DNA of 64,000 nt, taken from NCBI GenBank assembly GCA_051362555.1, contig CM120649.1:5332001-5396000 (forward strand). The letters run 5' to 3'. This document shows, in pieces, positions 37,201 to 49,482 of the stretch. Source of the DNA: Lingula anatina. Lineage: Eukaryota > Animalia > Brachiopoda. The position numbers were made by a program, and so were the translations under genes. Within the stretch, counting starts at the first letter, position 1. Each line of letters opens with the position of its first letter. Under the pieces are notes generated by a model. It saw nothing but the letters and a program-made list of their open reading frames with translations. It searched no databases and was not told the DNA's origin.

Positions 37201-39648
37201 TTAGGCATACAGGCGACCAAAAACTGTTCACCACGGTTTCTTTAATGTGTAATTTAAACGTCTGTCTATAAACAACACTAGTGCTCACAATTTAAACTCA
37301 GAAAAAAACCAGGATTTGGGAGGCCATTTGTCACTTCCACTACAAACAAGCGTGACAGGCAACCCAGGTTAAAATGTGTCCTGTGTCATAGATCACGTGA
37401 TTTCGCAAATGTGTTATTGCATCCGGAAAGGTGTATAGAGTGATCTTGAGTACAGACGAGTGTGTATAGAAGGGGCGCGGAAAACACAAATGAGACGACT
37501 GTACAGGTAAGCGATACGAAGCAGACTGTATTCTCGGCGACAGACAACATTGCCTGCAAGTACTGGAAGCTCAGAGTTCATTTTGTTAAAGCACGTACAT
37601 AGAAGTATACTTAGTAGGAGGCATTTCTTTATTTTCAATATTTGCACTTTCAATTTGGATCGTAGCGACGAAGCATAATGAATATGACGCCGTATATAGT
37701 GTGGCTGTTTTGCTTTAAACGTTTTTCGATAATTGCTTTCGAAACGGCTTTTGAAACGGAGACATTTTGTTTCGTCACGAATTGTGTGGGATAGATTAGA
37801 TCGAATGTCCTCTCATTCACCCTCGTTAACTTAACCCATGTAGAGATTTCAATGTTGAGCACTATTTTACGATTCGTTATTGACGCTGGAAGATATACGG
37901 GTCTCGTGAACGGAAATGGTTGACTTGATTGCCTGACAAGAATTTTTTTACACCAGGTCATGACAAAAGCCAATTTAAGTATGTGAAACACATTTCATGT
38001 TATGGGCCATTCGTTCATACAGTACTTTTAGAGCAAAAGTCGACTTGTCATAGTCAGCTGTCCAATTTTATCTGTTGAACTTAATCCCCAAAACGTTTGA
38101 CTCTTTGTGAAACTGCGCCGCCCCCCCCCCCCCCCCCCCCCAGATCGTGCGTCCATTTGTCGGGGTAGTCGAATGATATCAACATCCATAAAAACGGTCT
38201 TTGGCGGCACATCGCATTCTAGATATGAACGTACATAATGTCGGAGCATGTTTTTCATTGAGTGCGACAACACTCATGGCTTCAATCGATAGCTTAAGCA
38301 CTCTCGTTTGTCTGCTTGCTGTTCTCGTTAAATACAATACTCAATTGCAATATTATAGAAACGGTGTGGATTGTTTGCGCCAGAGTGACAGTAGTAAAAA
38401 CATATACTGGGGCACTTTCCAAAGAATGTTATTTCCGCAGCCGAGGGTTATCGTTTAGGTGCTTAATTTATGTAAAAACTGATTGCCTTCCTGAACAAGT
38501 CGACAGCCTGACCTCAGACAACATACCAAAGCATATTCAAAATGCGAACAGGCTAATTAACAAAAGAATTACATTTGCAAACAATGGGAACCTGTCTTAA
38601 ATTACACCCAGAATTGGTAGTCACATACAGTTAGGTATGTCTTAATGATCCGTGTATCTAGACTAGGTCTCTTGTTATATCGTATTTTCCACATGTTTGA
38701 AATCATTTTTAGCTCCATTGAGAGAAGGAAGGGGCGGTAGAAGATACCGGTTTGGTAAAAATGGTTTTTGCGGTTTGGTACTTTGCTACTTGAGTATCGC
38801 AGATGCGTCGAAAATGTCTCTCCTAATCTATCTTGGATACCGTGTGCTCTAACAGCGTGGGCAAATATATCTATTAATTCTTCCAAATTAAAAGGGGACT
38901 GTTGGCCTCTGTATTTTGCTGTATTACCGCAGTATTGTTATGTCACAGTTTTTGTCCTTGTACACATTACATGCAATAACAGTGACCCCTGTATGTAGGA
39001 CAGTATTGCTGAATTATCGCACTACTTTTTCGTCACAGTTGATGCCCGTGAGCACATTGCAATGGCAGTGGTCCATGTACGTAGAACAGGTTTGCTGTAT
39101 CTCCCCAGTATACGTCACAGTTGTTGGCCGTGTTCGCATTACATGCAATTTATTTATGATTGCAGCATTTTATGTTAGATCAATTTATCTTGTCCTAAGG
39201 AGATGACATGGCTGTATCATGATGGATTTTGCATTGAGCGCGTATTGCTTTTTTACTATTGATTTTTTTTTAGTCAATACATCGACTGCTGCTATATTTA
39301 TGTATTATCATCAGAACAACTTCCGGAGTTTCTCAATTGGGCAACAGTGTTATGTAGTAGAAAGAAGGATAAAAAAGGCTCAAGGTATGCTTATTGGTGG
39401 TCATGATTGTATTTTTCAGATGAAGCACGTATCACCAAAATGAAACAGTGGTTACAGTCAGACAATATATATTTAATACAATGGAAAAATAACGTGCGTG
39501 TCAGCTGTATTGCTTTACCGCTTGCTTTTAAAAGTTTGGCTCACGACATTTTCTCTTTGTAGCTGTGTAAAGTGACTATGGGAGTAGCTCGTGCGCGTGG
39601 CCTACGTAAAAATCCGTCGAAAAATCTAATTTGGATGCTGTGTGCCGG

Positions 39649-39820
39649 TGTGACAGGAATGGTAGTCCTAGGAGTGGAAGTCAGGGGTCCCATATGATTA
39701 GTACAGGTTAGCGTCAGTCGGAAGTATTGGGTTAAACATATGTAGGAGGAATATCGCCTGTACAAAGAAACGGGGATCTGACTACTATACGGTTCCTAGC
39801 GGACTACCATTCCTGTCACA
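39649..39820. mobile_element. Ginger1-like MITE
   Basis: CCGG|TGTGACAGGAATGGTAGTCC...GGACTACCATTCCTGTCACA|CTGA (perfect 20-bp TIR, right TSD eroded). Confidence 0.82.
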
Positions 39821-41323
39821 CTGACACTGTCGAGGTCCGGGTTGAATGCGACAGAGAAAATTGGACGCTGGTTTTAATTTTGTACTGAGACCTATTTCCT
39901 GACGTTAGCAAGTGTACAGTAAATTAATTGCACACACATGCTGAAAATATTGACAAATATGTTAAAAAGTGTATATGTTGAAGTATGGTTGCAATAATGT
40001 CACGTGTAGGCTGGGAGCGTGCTTTGCGCCTTTTTCATTTCATAATCGAAGAGGTTATATCAGCTAAACACGAAACGTTTGCGCGCCATGCACATTGATT
40101 TAATTACACATTCGTTCAGAAGCCATGACGAATTATATATTAAGTTTATATTGAAAACTTTATCGCCCAAACCAGACGATGTCTCCCATGCGGGTACGTA
40201 CAGAATACCGCTCCATTTATTTATCAATATTGCTCGACTGTCACCTCCACTGACACGAAAAACGAATCTTAAATCCACTTACCCGCCATAAATATTTAAT
40301 GCCGGTAGACGGCAGGCGGGCATGTGGGGAATATAATGGATAGACTATTCCAAATTGAAAATGCTAACCGCCTGAGAGGGTTGCCGTCTTGTTCCCAGTC
40401 AGTTAATGAAGTTCTAGCTCGTTGCAGCCTATCTCGTTGTCTTTTCCACACAAATTCCATTATCGTATTGTAATGAATGTCCTGCTTACAAGACAACTGG
40501 CGTGTGAGTTTTTTGACGAAGCTAATCAATGAAGTCAACATCCTTCGTAACCTGAGACATTGACCGAGGCGTCCACATTGAATCTGCCGTACCAGATAGT
40601 GCGAAGTATTAACAAATTAACACGCCTCAAAGTATAGAATAATTTTTGAGGTAAAGCTATTTTGTGAATCAGACTTCAGAGGTTTTGGTTGAGTAGGTTG
40701 CGCAGATTTGTTTTTTCAGTATATATATATATATATAGTTTCCACTTAAGACGACTTTAGCCTTTTCGATTTATTTATTTATTTATTTTTAGCTATTTTG
40801 TTAGGGGAGGGGGTATAATTTTTATGGATTGCACGATCATAAATGTGCAATCCTTCTAAATGTGTAATGACGTAATCGGACAAGATGTCCTGCTGGGGAT
40901 AATGGAACCCTTAGGGTGTTGCGCTTACTTTTTACCCTCCCCCCCCCCAAAAAAAAAATAAATAAATAAAGAATAAAAATAATAAATAAATAAATATATA
41001 AATCAAGAACAGGCATGAGCTTTTTCGGCGGAAACACGGGATTCTGCGTTTTTCAATTCAATTCTAAGGCCATCCCCGGATCTCCGGCCGGTTAGGTGTT
41101 GGGTCCCATGATAATGTTCAGAGTTTTTTTTAACTTAGGCTCATGTCTGAAGAAGCAAATTAAATTAAAAAAAAAATGAAGTAATGACAGGAGAAGTCGT
41201 CAACCAAGATATAAAGAACAGTTTCATAATTAAGTTAAACCTATTATGATAATATTGGTGTTAATGATGACAATCATTCAATGAAAGAAAACATTGTCGA
41301 CACAGGAAGCAGTAAAAGAGTAT

Positions 41324-41538
41324 GACTGGGTTCCCATGCCTAGATCGATCCGTCTGGATCGGTCTAACTTCCTGGGGAGTCTCACTAAATTGCTATCCAA
41401 ATCAGCTAGGGGGCAAAGATAATTACCCCCTAACAGCTTTACTAGGCGTGACAGACAGTTAAGCCGGTTAAGTTGATAGCATTTTCGTGAGACTCCCCAG
41501 GGAGAAAGATCGATCCAAATATCTGTGGGAATGGTCCC
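41324..41538. mobile_element. Family A MITE, inverse copy of 20998-21244 with an internal deletion of about 30 bp
   Basis: GACTGGGTTCCCATGCCTAGATCGATCC...GATCCAAATATCTGTGGGAATGGTCCC. Confidence 0.85.
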
Positions 41539-41813
41539 TATGTTTTACGTATTATTGTGGCAATTAGTATGTTATAGGTATTATTTGCCACATCGATTGC
41601 CACGGGCAAAACACCTTCTTGTGCATTTTGTTAAACAGCTCGAAGATGGTCGTGTAAGGAACGCATTAAATGAGTCATTCACCTGACAACCGGTCACATG
41701 TACTTTGAATATCTGAGTCAAGACAAGCCCGTCCTACGTGGCTGATGCTGACGGATGAGGTGAAACGGTCGTAAATATGCGCTAAATAATTTCCTGAATC
41801 ACCCCTCCCCCAC

Positions 41814-41815
<2 letters not shown>

Positions 41816-41860
<45 letters not shown>
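41816..41860. repeat. (GA)n microsatellite
   Basis: Direct reading. Confidence 0.95.
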
Positions 41861-41861
<1 letters not shown>

Positions 41862-44631
41862 ATTTGATTCGCGTCAGTGACGCGCCGATTTAATACTTCC
41901 ATTGCTGTTTAATATTACATCTGAATTACTTTTGATTTCACATTAGAGGGTTCTTTAGTGTAAAACGGAAAATAATGGGGCAGTCACAATTATGCACATT
42001 TTACACAAAATATGTGCGTCACTGATGCGACTCAGATGTTCGCATTTTTTATGGCATGCCCTGCCTCAGACATTTGACTTTCGCTTCTTAATCGCCTGAG
42101 GTTGTGAGGCGAATGTTAAACCTGTGTAAAGCAGTAGGTTTGTGCAGACACGAGAGACGTTTAAGCCACGCCTTAGTACCATCCTATGGCAATTTCCAAC
42201 TCGGAGAATGTCAACTACGTGAACTCGCAGTGGCTCGTTTTTCATTATGTATGCTCCTAATGCTAACACCACGTATGGCTTGGCAATCTTCCAAAAGAGA
42301 CGGTAAAATACATTAGTCGTGTATGACCTAGTGCATAAATGCATTGTCGTATCAGCGAACAAAATGTGACAAGTCTACAAACAGCGACACGCCGTCGTGG
42401 TTTAAGGCATATAGGAATCATAAACATTATAGGGTACATATACATACCCTAGAGGTTCAGTTATATACCAAATGTACTTTTGCTGATTATACGGAACACT
42501 GCGCAAAAGCACCCCTTAACGACGTGCTTTTTTGGTAAATATTTTCACTCAACTTATGAATTATCGCTTCGAATGTGTCAGGTATGTTGTTAGAGCCAGA
42601 CTATGTAAATGTGATGGATCGGGACGCCGGTGTTTGGAAAACGACACCTTCATTGCTGCGGTAGGATATTCCTTGCCGTTAAAAAGTCACGTCTCCTTAC
42701 TGCATCCGTGACGTCAAGAGCGTTCTTATGACTCGGATAGGTAGGTAGGTAGAAGGTGGCTTGTTTGCGTTGCGGGTTTCTTTCACTTCGATTCTCCAGT
42801 TACGCCAATTCTTTGTGCAAACCTGTCATACTGGCAAGGGTGTGGAAAACTTTTTGACTCCTTTGATTGCTACTTTGTCATTTCAGTTTGAGCAATCTGA
42901 AAGGAATATAATTTGCACGTATGACATAGCATGGAACTGTTTCCACGTTTTGAGACAGGTGTGCCATTACCGGAGGATCTAGATAGCTCCTTGGTGCGTT
43001 GGCTCCACACAAGGCAGCATTTGTGTACGAAGTTAAGAAGGCCGTTTCCGTTGTATGGAAACGCATAAATTACAACGGTATGTTGACTAGATTGTACAGT
43101 ACCGTGCTAGGTAGGCGTCCTGTATTCAATAGTTTTCACCAATTGATCACTCAAAAAAGAAAAAGCCAGAGAAAACGTTTATGAACTTTCCTTTTAATTT
43201 TAGTAAGTCTGGAGACATATGAATTTCACAATGGAGTGTCTTGAGTGGTTATGTAGCTTTATGCACTCCTAAACGTACATGTATGTGGTCTTCCTGTGAG
43301 GGTTAAGTGTTAATTTATAGGTTCACACCAATCGGCCAACGTCGGGCGATTCCGTAGCTGACGTCACACTTTTTTAAGGTCTAAATTAGGAAAGATAAGT
43401 AACTTTGCAGAGATGTCGACATAGAAAATACCATTTCATAACAGTTTCAAAGACAGTTAGTCTCCCTGGCGTACTGTTAGCAGTAAAAGCAAATGACCCC
43501 ACCGCTTGGGACACGGACGAGTTTAATGTGCATAGAAAGTAGACTGCGTTTTCTTCTGATATCACTTATTGGGCATAAATGAAGAAAGTTTTTATTTTTT
43601 GGTACAGTGTTCAACAAAGGGTCTCATAATACAGTCCTAGTGCTTTTTATTTAAACAGTGTAACATTTATTATTCATATATATTTTAAAGTTTTGCTTGG
43701 GAATGGATGGTTCTAGATTAAAAACAGTGCACTGGCATAGTATTGATTAAACCAATAACGTTACTTAATGCATACAATATCTATTAGGCAGAATAACGAG
43801 TAATTCAACATAGCGCAATAGAAAAACATCGTTCTCCCCTCTTTTTCAAAATCATACTTTATATTCTGTCGTGTGAAATTGTACCATTTTATGAGGTCTC
43901 TGGAACGTCTGACAATGACCAGTTCAATAACGCGTGAATGTATTCAACCATCTATTCAACTGCTAACATTACAGCGTTTGTTCACCGCCGATATCGATTA
44001 AACCATCTGTAACGAAAAGCGGATATTTTCTTACATTATAACTAATACCAAGCAGCTTCTGATTCCTAAACGATTAGTGTTGTGTTTGTAGATGTTATGA
44101 CGTCACTTAATGTGACGTCACATTGTTAGATAATGGTTTGCGGTCGTCATAGATCTGTAGTGGGACAGCGTATTTGATCACTAACCGCTAACGTAATTAT
44201 GTTCAGGTAATCTTGAATGCTATTGATTATAATCATGGTGTAACACGTTATTTGTGTAAGAGAATGGATCGCCGAAAACGAGAGATTTAGATCTGAAAAG
44301 ACGGTGTGAACAATTGTCGTGTGACGAGGTTGACCTGGAACCTTGACTTACTAACAACAACAACTTTAACAGGATCACCCGTATTATTTTAGCAGGATAA
44401 TGGTGATGCTAGATGTGTTTGATTAAACGTAGCCGTGTCGCCGACACGAAAACTGCTCATTATCTCGAGGTGAATGTGATGTATTTTTCGACTCCGCAAG
44501 TCAGTTAAATTCTCATCAGATACATGTACTAAGAGGCCGTGTGCTATCCCATTTATCGACCCATACATCCTCATATAACACGCTGCACTGACAGACGAGA
44601 TGTTTTTGTTGGTGAAGAAAAATATATCTCT

Positions 44632-44668
44632 GGCCGCGTTCAGATCTAAAACATCGTATCAGCTTGGT

Positions 44669-44705
<37 letters not shown>

Positions 44706-44908
44706 CTCGCTAAATTGCATTAACTGTAATAAACTTAATTGTCTGACACGCCTCCTTGATTAGCTAGGGGGTAATTAACTTTCTAGTGAGCTCGGCTTAA
44801 TTACCTCCTAGCAGTTCAGACATTTAAGACGTGAACAGTGATTGCAGGGAAAATCTCCCTCAGAGTTGGATCGATCCAGCTAGCACAGTGAGTTTATCTG
44901 AACGCTCC
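44632..44908. mobile_element. Degenerate family A MITE containing a G35 tract
   Basis: Ends GCGTTCAGAT / ATCTGAACGC; internal CTTAATTGTCTGACACGCC and GAGTTGGATCGATCC. Confidence 0.7.
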
Positions 44909-47869
44909 TCATGACACTGACATTTATTTATGTATTTATTTTTTTTATTTATTAATTTATTTATTTATTTTGCGTGCACATTCTATATATCTGCCCGGCA
45001 CATCATTATGGTGTTTGTCTGTCCTCTGTTACTTACACGGTATTATCTCTCGAGAAGCCGTGTCTCTGCCACCTGAAACAGGTGAAAACATTCTGCCATT
45101 ACGGAAGTATAGGCCATTCAGTTCACGTGCATATCTCATCTACATCGTGCACATCAATGTTATATTCGTCCCCCATATTATACTTGTTGTCAGTTACTCT
45201 GTCGCATCAGTAACATAAGTACCCTTCACAGTGCACAGTATTGATAGTAATAATACCAAGTGTTATCCTTGGATGGTCCATTAAACGATAATGCTCATAA
45301 ATGAGCTATTACCAGTATTGACGTCAATCTGTTGACTGATATCATTATCAGAAACGATTGCATATTTAGTTTTTTCGCATAGAGCGGTATACTTGAGCCA
45401 TGCGTTATACACGGTAACCTTGGGGGGTTCTAACACATTATTACGCCTTGGGGGGGGGGGGGGGGGGGGCTTTACCACCTTTCACAAGTTCGCAACAAAT
45501 TCGCTTCCTGCTGTTAGGTTAATTAATCCATTCATTAATTTATTAACGATAATTGCCGTTTGCTAATAAAAGCCTTTGATTCGGGAGCACAAATGCACAG
45601 ATTATCGACTCCAGCCACGAATTAAGTACCCCAACGTGAAATTACTTAATACAATCCCAGCGTTTTATTATACAAACTATTTGGCCAGCTTCCATCCGGA
45701 TCTCTGGATGTATACAAAGGCCCTTTAACAATTGAATGATGACCATGACCATGTACTTTTTTTATTTAGGAACGGTTTGGCCATTTACTTTTAAGAGAAA
45801 TATGCAGATAGCTCTTTACAAACAATATTAGACGTGGAGCAGCACATAAATTTTCAGTATAAAGGCCATATCCAAGATGGCGGTAGACAACACGTATTGC
45901 TCGTTTTTCGGTATGATGTGACATGATTTCGTGTCCTCGTTTTGAGTAAATTCCCTTGTTAGATGACAAGGAGATGGAAACGCGTAGCCTTTATATAGAA
46001 AATGTATCAAATGCCTGCTACTAGATTTATCAGTTATGAAATACTATTATCATTGACTATTTTTTTTTTGTCTAGAGCCTAGCCACTTAAAAAATCTGTC
46101 TTAGTGGTCGTAAGGTTGCTTGAATTCATTTCCGAAACAATTCAGTCGGCCTAAAGTTGAGACAGTGTGTCGAAATGAACCTGCGATTTGAATCCTATTC
46201 GATAGACAGAATGCCGTCGGCTCGTGGGCGACAGGTATTCATTTAAAAGGCTTTTTTTGTCAGTCCAGAACGTGTGTTATTCTATGCAAGCTGCGGTTTT
46301 GTTAGTTTTTCGTGATTTAGCTGCTGTGCGTGGTGAAACAGGATATCCGTCGATTGACGCAAAACCATTCGCTGTTAAAGCTGAATTTCATTACACTTTA
46401 TAAAAGGAGACGACGTAGAAAGAACGGTTCAAACTAAGCTTACTTCAGACCGAAAATTGGGCAAACTGGCGTCTCCAGATGACCCCTTTAGATTTTGAAA
46501 TATCTGAGATGCTGAATGCGGTTTCTCTGTGACATTAAAATCTGAAAACTACAAGGCATATAGTTATTGTTGACATAATAAACCTTTTGAAGGATGTCCT
46601 AAATTTTCTTTGTTTTTCAAAACACGACATTACACATATTGGAAAGAAGAATCAGTTGATAAATTCATTCCGGACGACGTTCAGACATCGTTCTAAGCAG
46701 GGTATGAACACCTTTTGATATTTTTTATCCGATCTTGGTATGTTTAAACGAACGAATGAGTGAATGCAATAAAGTTGACCGAGTCCGTCTTCGTTAGGCA
46801 TTTCACTGCATCATTTCGCCCTCTTCAACTTAAAATAAAGTTGATTTATTGTGGAAAGCAGTCCCCTTTTGAATAGAACTTTTTAAATGTATGCGATACT
46901 TGAGAGTTAACTTAAAGACTCTACCTAACATCTACTGGTATTATTTCCTTGTCATAGATTTTTTCGTCCGTAATTTTTATCATTTATCATGATTTGGGGC
47001 GAGCAGATCGATATTAATCAGGCCAGTATACGTATTCCAAGCGATGTTTTTAGCGTTGTTATCTACATAGAATAGCGTTCTACAGAAAAACGCCGTGTTT
47101 GATTCATCTCCGTAGTCCATCTATAACGGTTGCCTAATAGCGCGTTGCGGTGAAAATGTCGGTCCGTTATCGTCCTAGTGTGACCGGATATGCGTATTAT
47201 ACAAGATCTGCGCCCCAGGATCGACTGTGACCCAACGTCCCCCCGATGCATAATCCGGTTTGCACCGATTTGTACAGGTAAACCACGTCCTAGATTTCCA
47301 TCCACTTACGTCAGGCTTACCTTAACCAGTGTGAATCTAATGGAAGATGGATTCTCTGTTACACGAGCCCAGTTAAGTGCTTGATACAAACATGAAAAAA
47401 TGGTTTTCTTGTTTTTTTAAGACTATTACTTTTATTCTGATGCGGCGTTAACGGTTGACACTTGTTTGATAAAAATTAGCTCATATGCTTATTCTGATAT
47501 ATATGCATACTTTATATGTATGTCTGTTGTAAGCGTGATTAAACCGGTGTATAATCAAGAGGGTTGCTTTCCCCGTTTTATTTTTGTTATTATATGTGCC
47601 ATGGGAATTGGAAAAAAAACATGACTTACGTGTGTGCTAAAGGTCGACCCATTCATGCGGCAGAATGGAATCCTGATAAACGGATAGCCCAATCACGGAG
47701 TCTCGTCACTTCCTTGTTAGTAGAAAAGTAATTACATTTTCCGCAACAGCTTTATAAGGCTCCCTGGTTTAATGTATCGGGAGGCCCTAATCAGGATCTT
47801 GACAGCCGCTACCGTTCTGAGTCTCTTTTCACACCGAGCAGTGTACTTTCCTTATTAACTCTGTCCCGG

Positions 47870-48005
47870 TGTAACGAAACTGAGGGTCCGAGCAACAGAA
47901 AGTCCACCCTCCAATAGTTATAATGGTTAGGGTTAGCCTTACCTAAGTGGATTAAAATGTAGGGCGAGGCTTTCCTGTACAAATGAATGGGCAGCGGACT
48001 ATCTA
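47870..48005. mobile_element. Truncated Ginger1-like MITE
   Basis: CCGG|TGTAACGAAACTGAG...CCTGTACAAATGAATGGG.AGCGGACT; inverse of 7195-7321. Confidence 0.65.
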
Positions 48006-48936
48006 TCTGAAACCTTCTAAACTAAATTTTCTCTACTTAGTCCTTTTAAAGGTATGCAGTGTGCCTCACGCCCCACCTCTCTTACCGTATGCTTTTATTA
48101 TTTACATTCTGGGCGATCGCCTGATTAAATATAAGTAAATAATAGAAATGAAAATAATAAACTGATGTAAGATTTGTGTAATAATTGTCTCTGACCGGGG
48201 AGTCATACTGACCCGTGAATTGATGTGTCCTGGTTTGTAGGCCGAGTCTGTCTTGTTCAAATCTCTACATGTATGTTTTTCTAAGAACGTTCCTACTTTT
48301 GATAGAAATACAAGATTTCCTGTTGGAATGCTGCATTCCATACAATGTGTACGCGTAACTTGACACATAACTAAAAAGTTATCAGGCATATTCTCTGCTG
48401 TATTAGATCGTATATCACGTCGATAGTACAGAAAACCGGCAGTGAACCGCTCGCATGATTTGCCGCAAGCTGAAACTCGTGACTTTATTATCAATAGCCG
48501 GGAATCGTTTCTTGGAAAATATCATTAGAGAACGGCGCTTTACTAGGGTGTTGTTTGAGTGCTTAATTCGTGCGAAAAGCTGCGGGAAAAAAAGATCGAT
48601 ACGAGGAAAGCATAGAGAACCGCGCACGCATTAAGAGCTCGGCTCGCGTAGAACTGACTGGCTACCGAGTTTTTTTCAATTTCATTCATCGTGTCGGGAC
48701 AGATTGCGGTGGAACTCGTCCCTCGATATGTGACAATTATCTGTGCTGGATGTATATGTATATAACGTAAATGAACCTTGCATTATATCGTGAAAGCAAA
48801 ACGGATCTAGCAGCCAGTACGGAGAGTTGAGCTTGGTTGCGTGCGAAAAGTTCGCTGAATAACAAACGGCATTGCTTCATAAATTCGACATATGAATGGC
48901 GGCAGTTGTCAAGTGAAATATTAAATAAGGAACACA

Positions 48937-49482
48937 ATGTCGGAAAAGAATGTGTACCTTGGCTTCAAGAATGTGGGCCTACAGACCGGAAGTTACGTCA
49001 GTTTGGCGTCCAGCAGCGCTAGGTACCAAGGTCCAGTTATAGAGGCGTTTCGCAATCTGACGTCCGTTTTACCACCACTGACCAACGGGAAGGACGCTGA
49101 GAATGCGGATTGCCGCCAAAAGACGAACTCCCCAATGGACTTGAAGCCCGTTATTTTGTCCGGCTACACTGATCCTTGTAGCGTGGCTGGTTCCAGCCTG
49201 ATTTTAAACGGGTGCTCAAGTTCCAAAGAAGGTTTTTCGGAATTACTGCAGCGGCGCGGGAACGTTCTTCGAGGTGTCGTGTTGGCTGGCAATGCCGAGG
49301 AAACACACAACAGCGCGCCACGGGCGCACCCTTCAGTACGACTTGCATGGAAACCTTTTGTTAAACACGAACGTTTCATTTCTTGTTTCAGGAACAAGGA
49401 GGAAATTAAAGACAGTGATGTGCTCGTCAGTGAGAACAGTCAGCGTGCTTTGATCACTCCCACTGTAACAACTCAGAACCAG
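48937..49482 (+). CDS. Probable (alternative) first coding exon, 182 codons, of an unidentified large gene
   Basis: Longest ORF in the window. acaATG start; GC-balanced, protein-like composition up to the donor CAG|GTGCGT at 49482/49483, after which the sequence turns T-rich and intron-like. CpG-rich upstream region. No domain recognised. Confidence 0.6.

Noticed and set aside
47926-47936. Telomere-like GGTTAGGGTTAG
   Set aside because: Only two units, internal to a Ginger1-like MITE.
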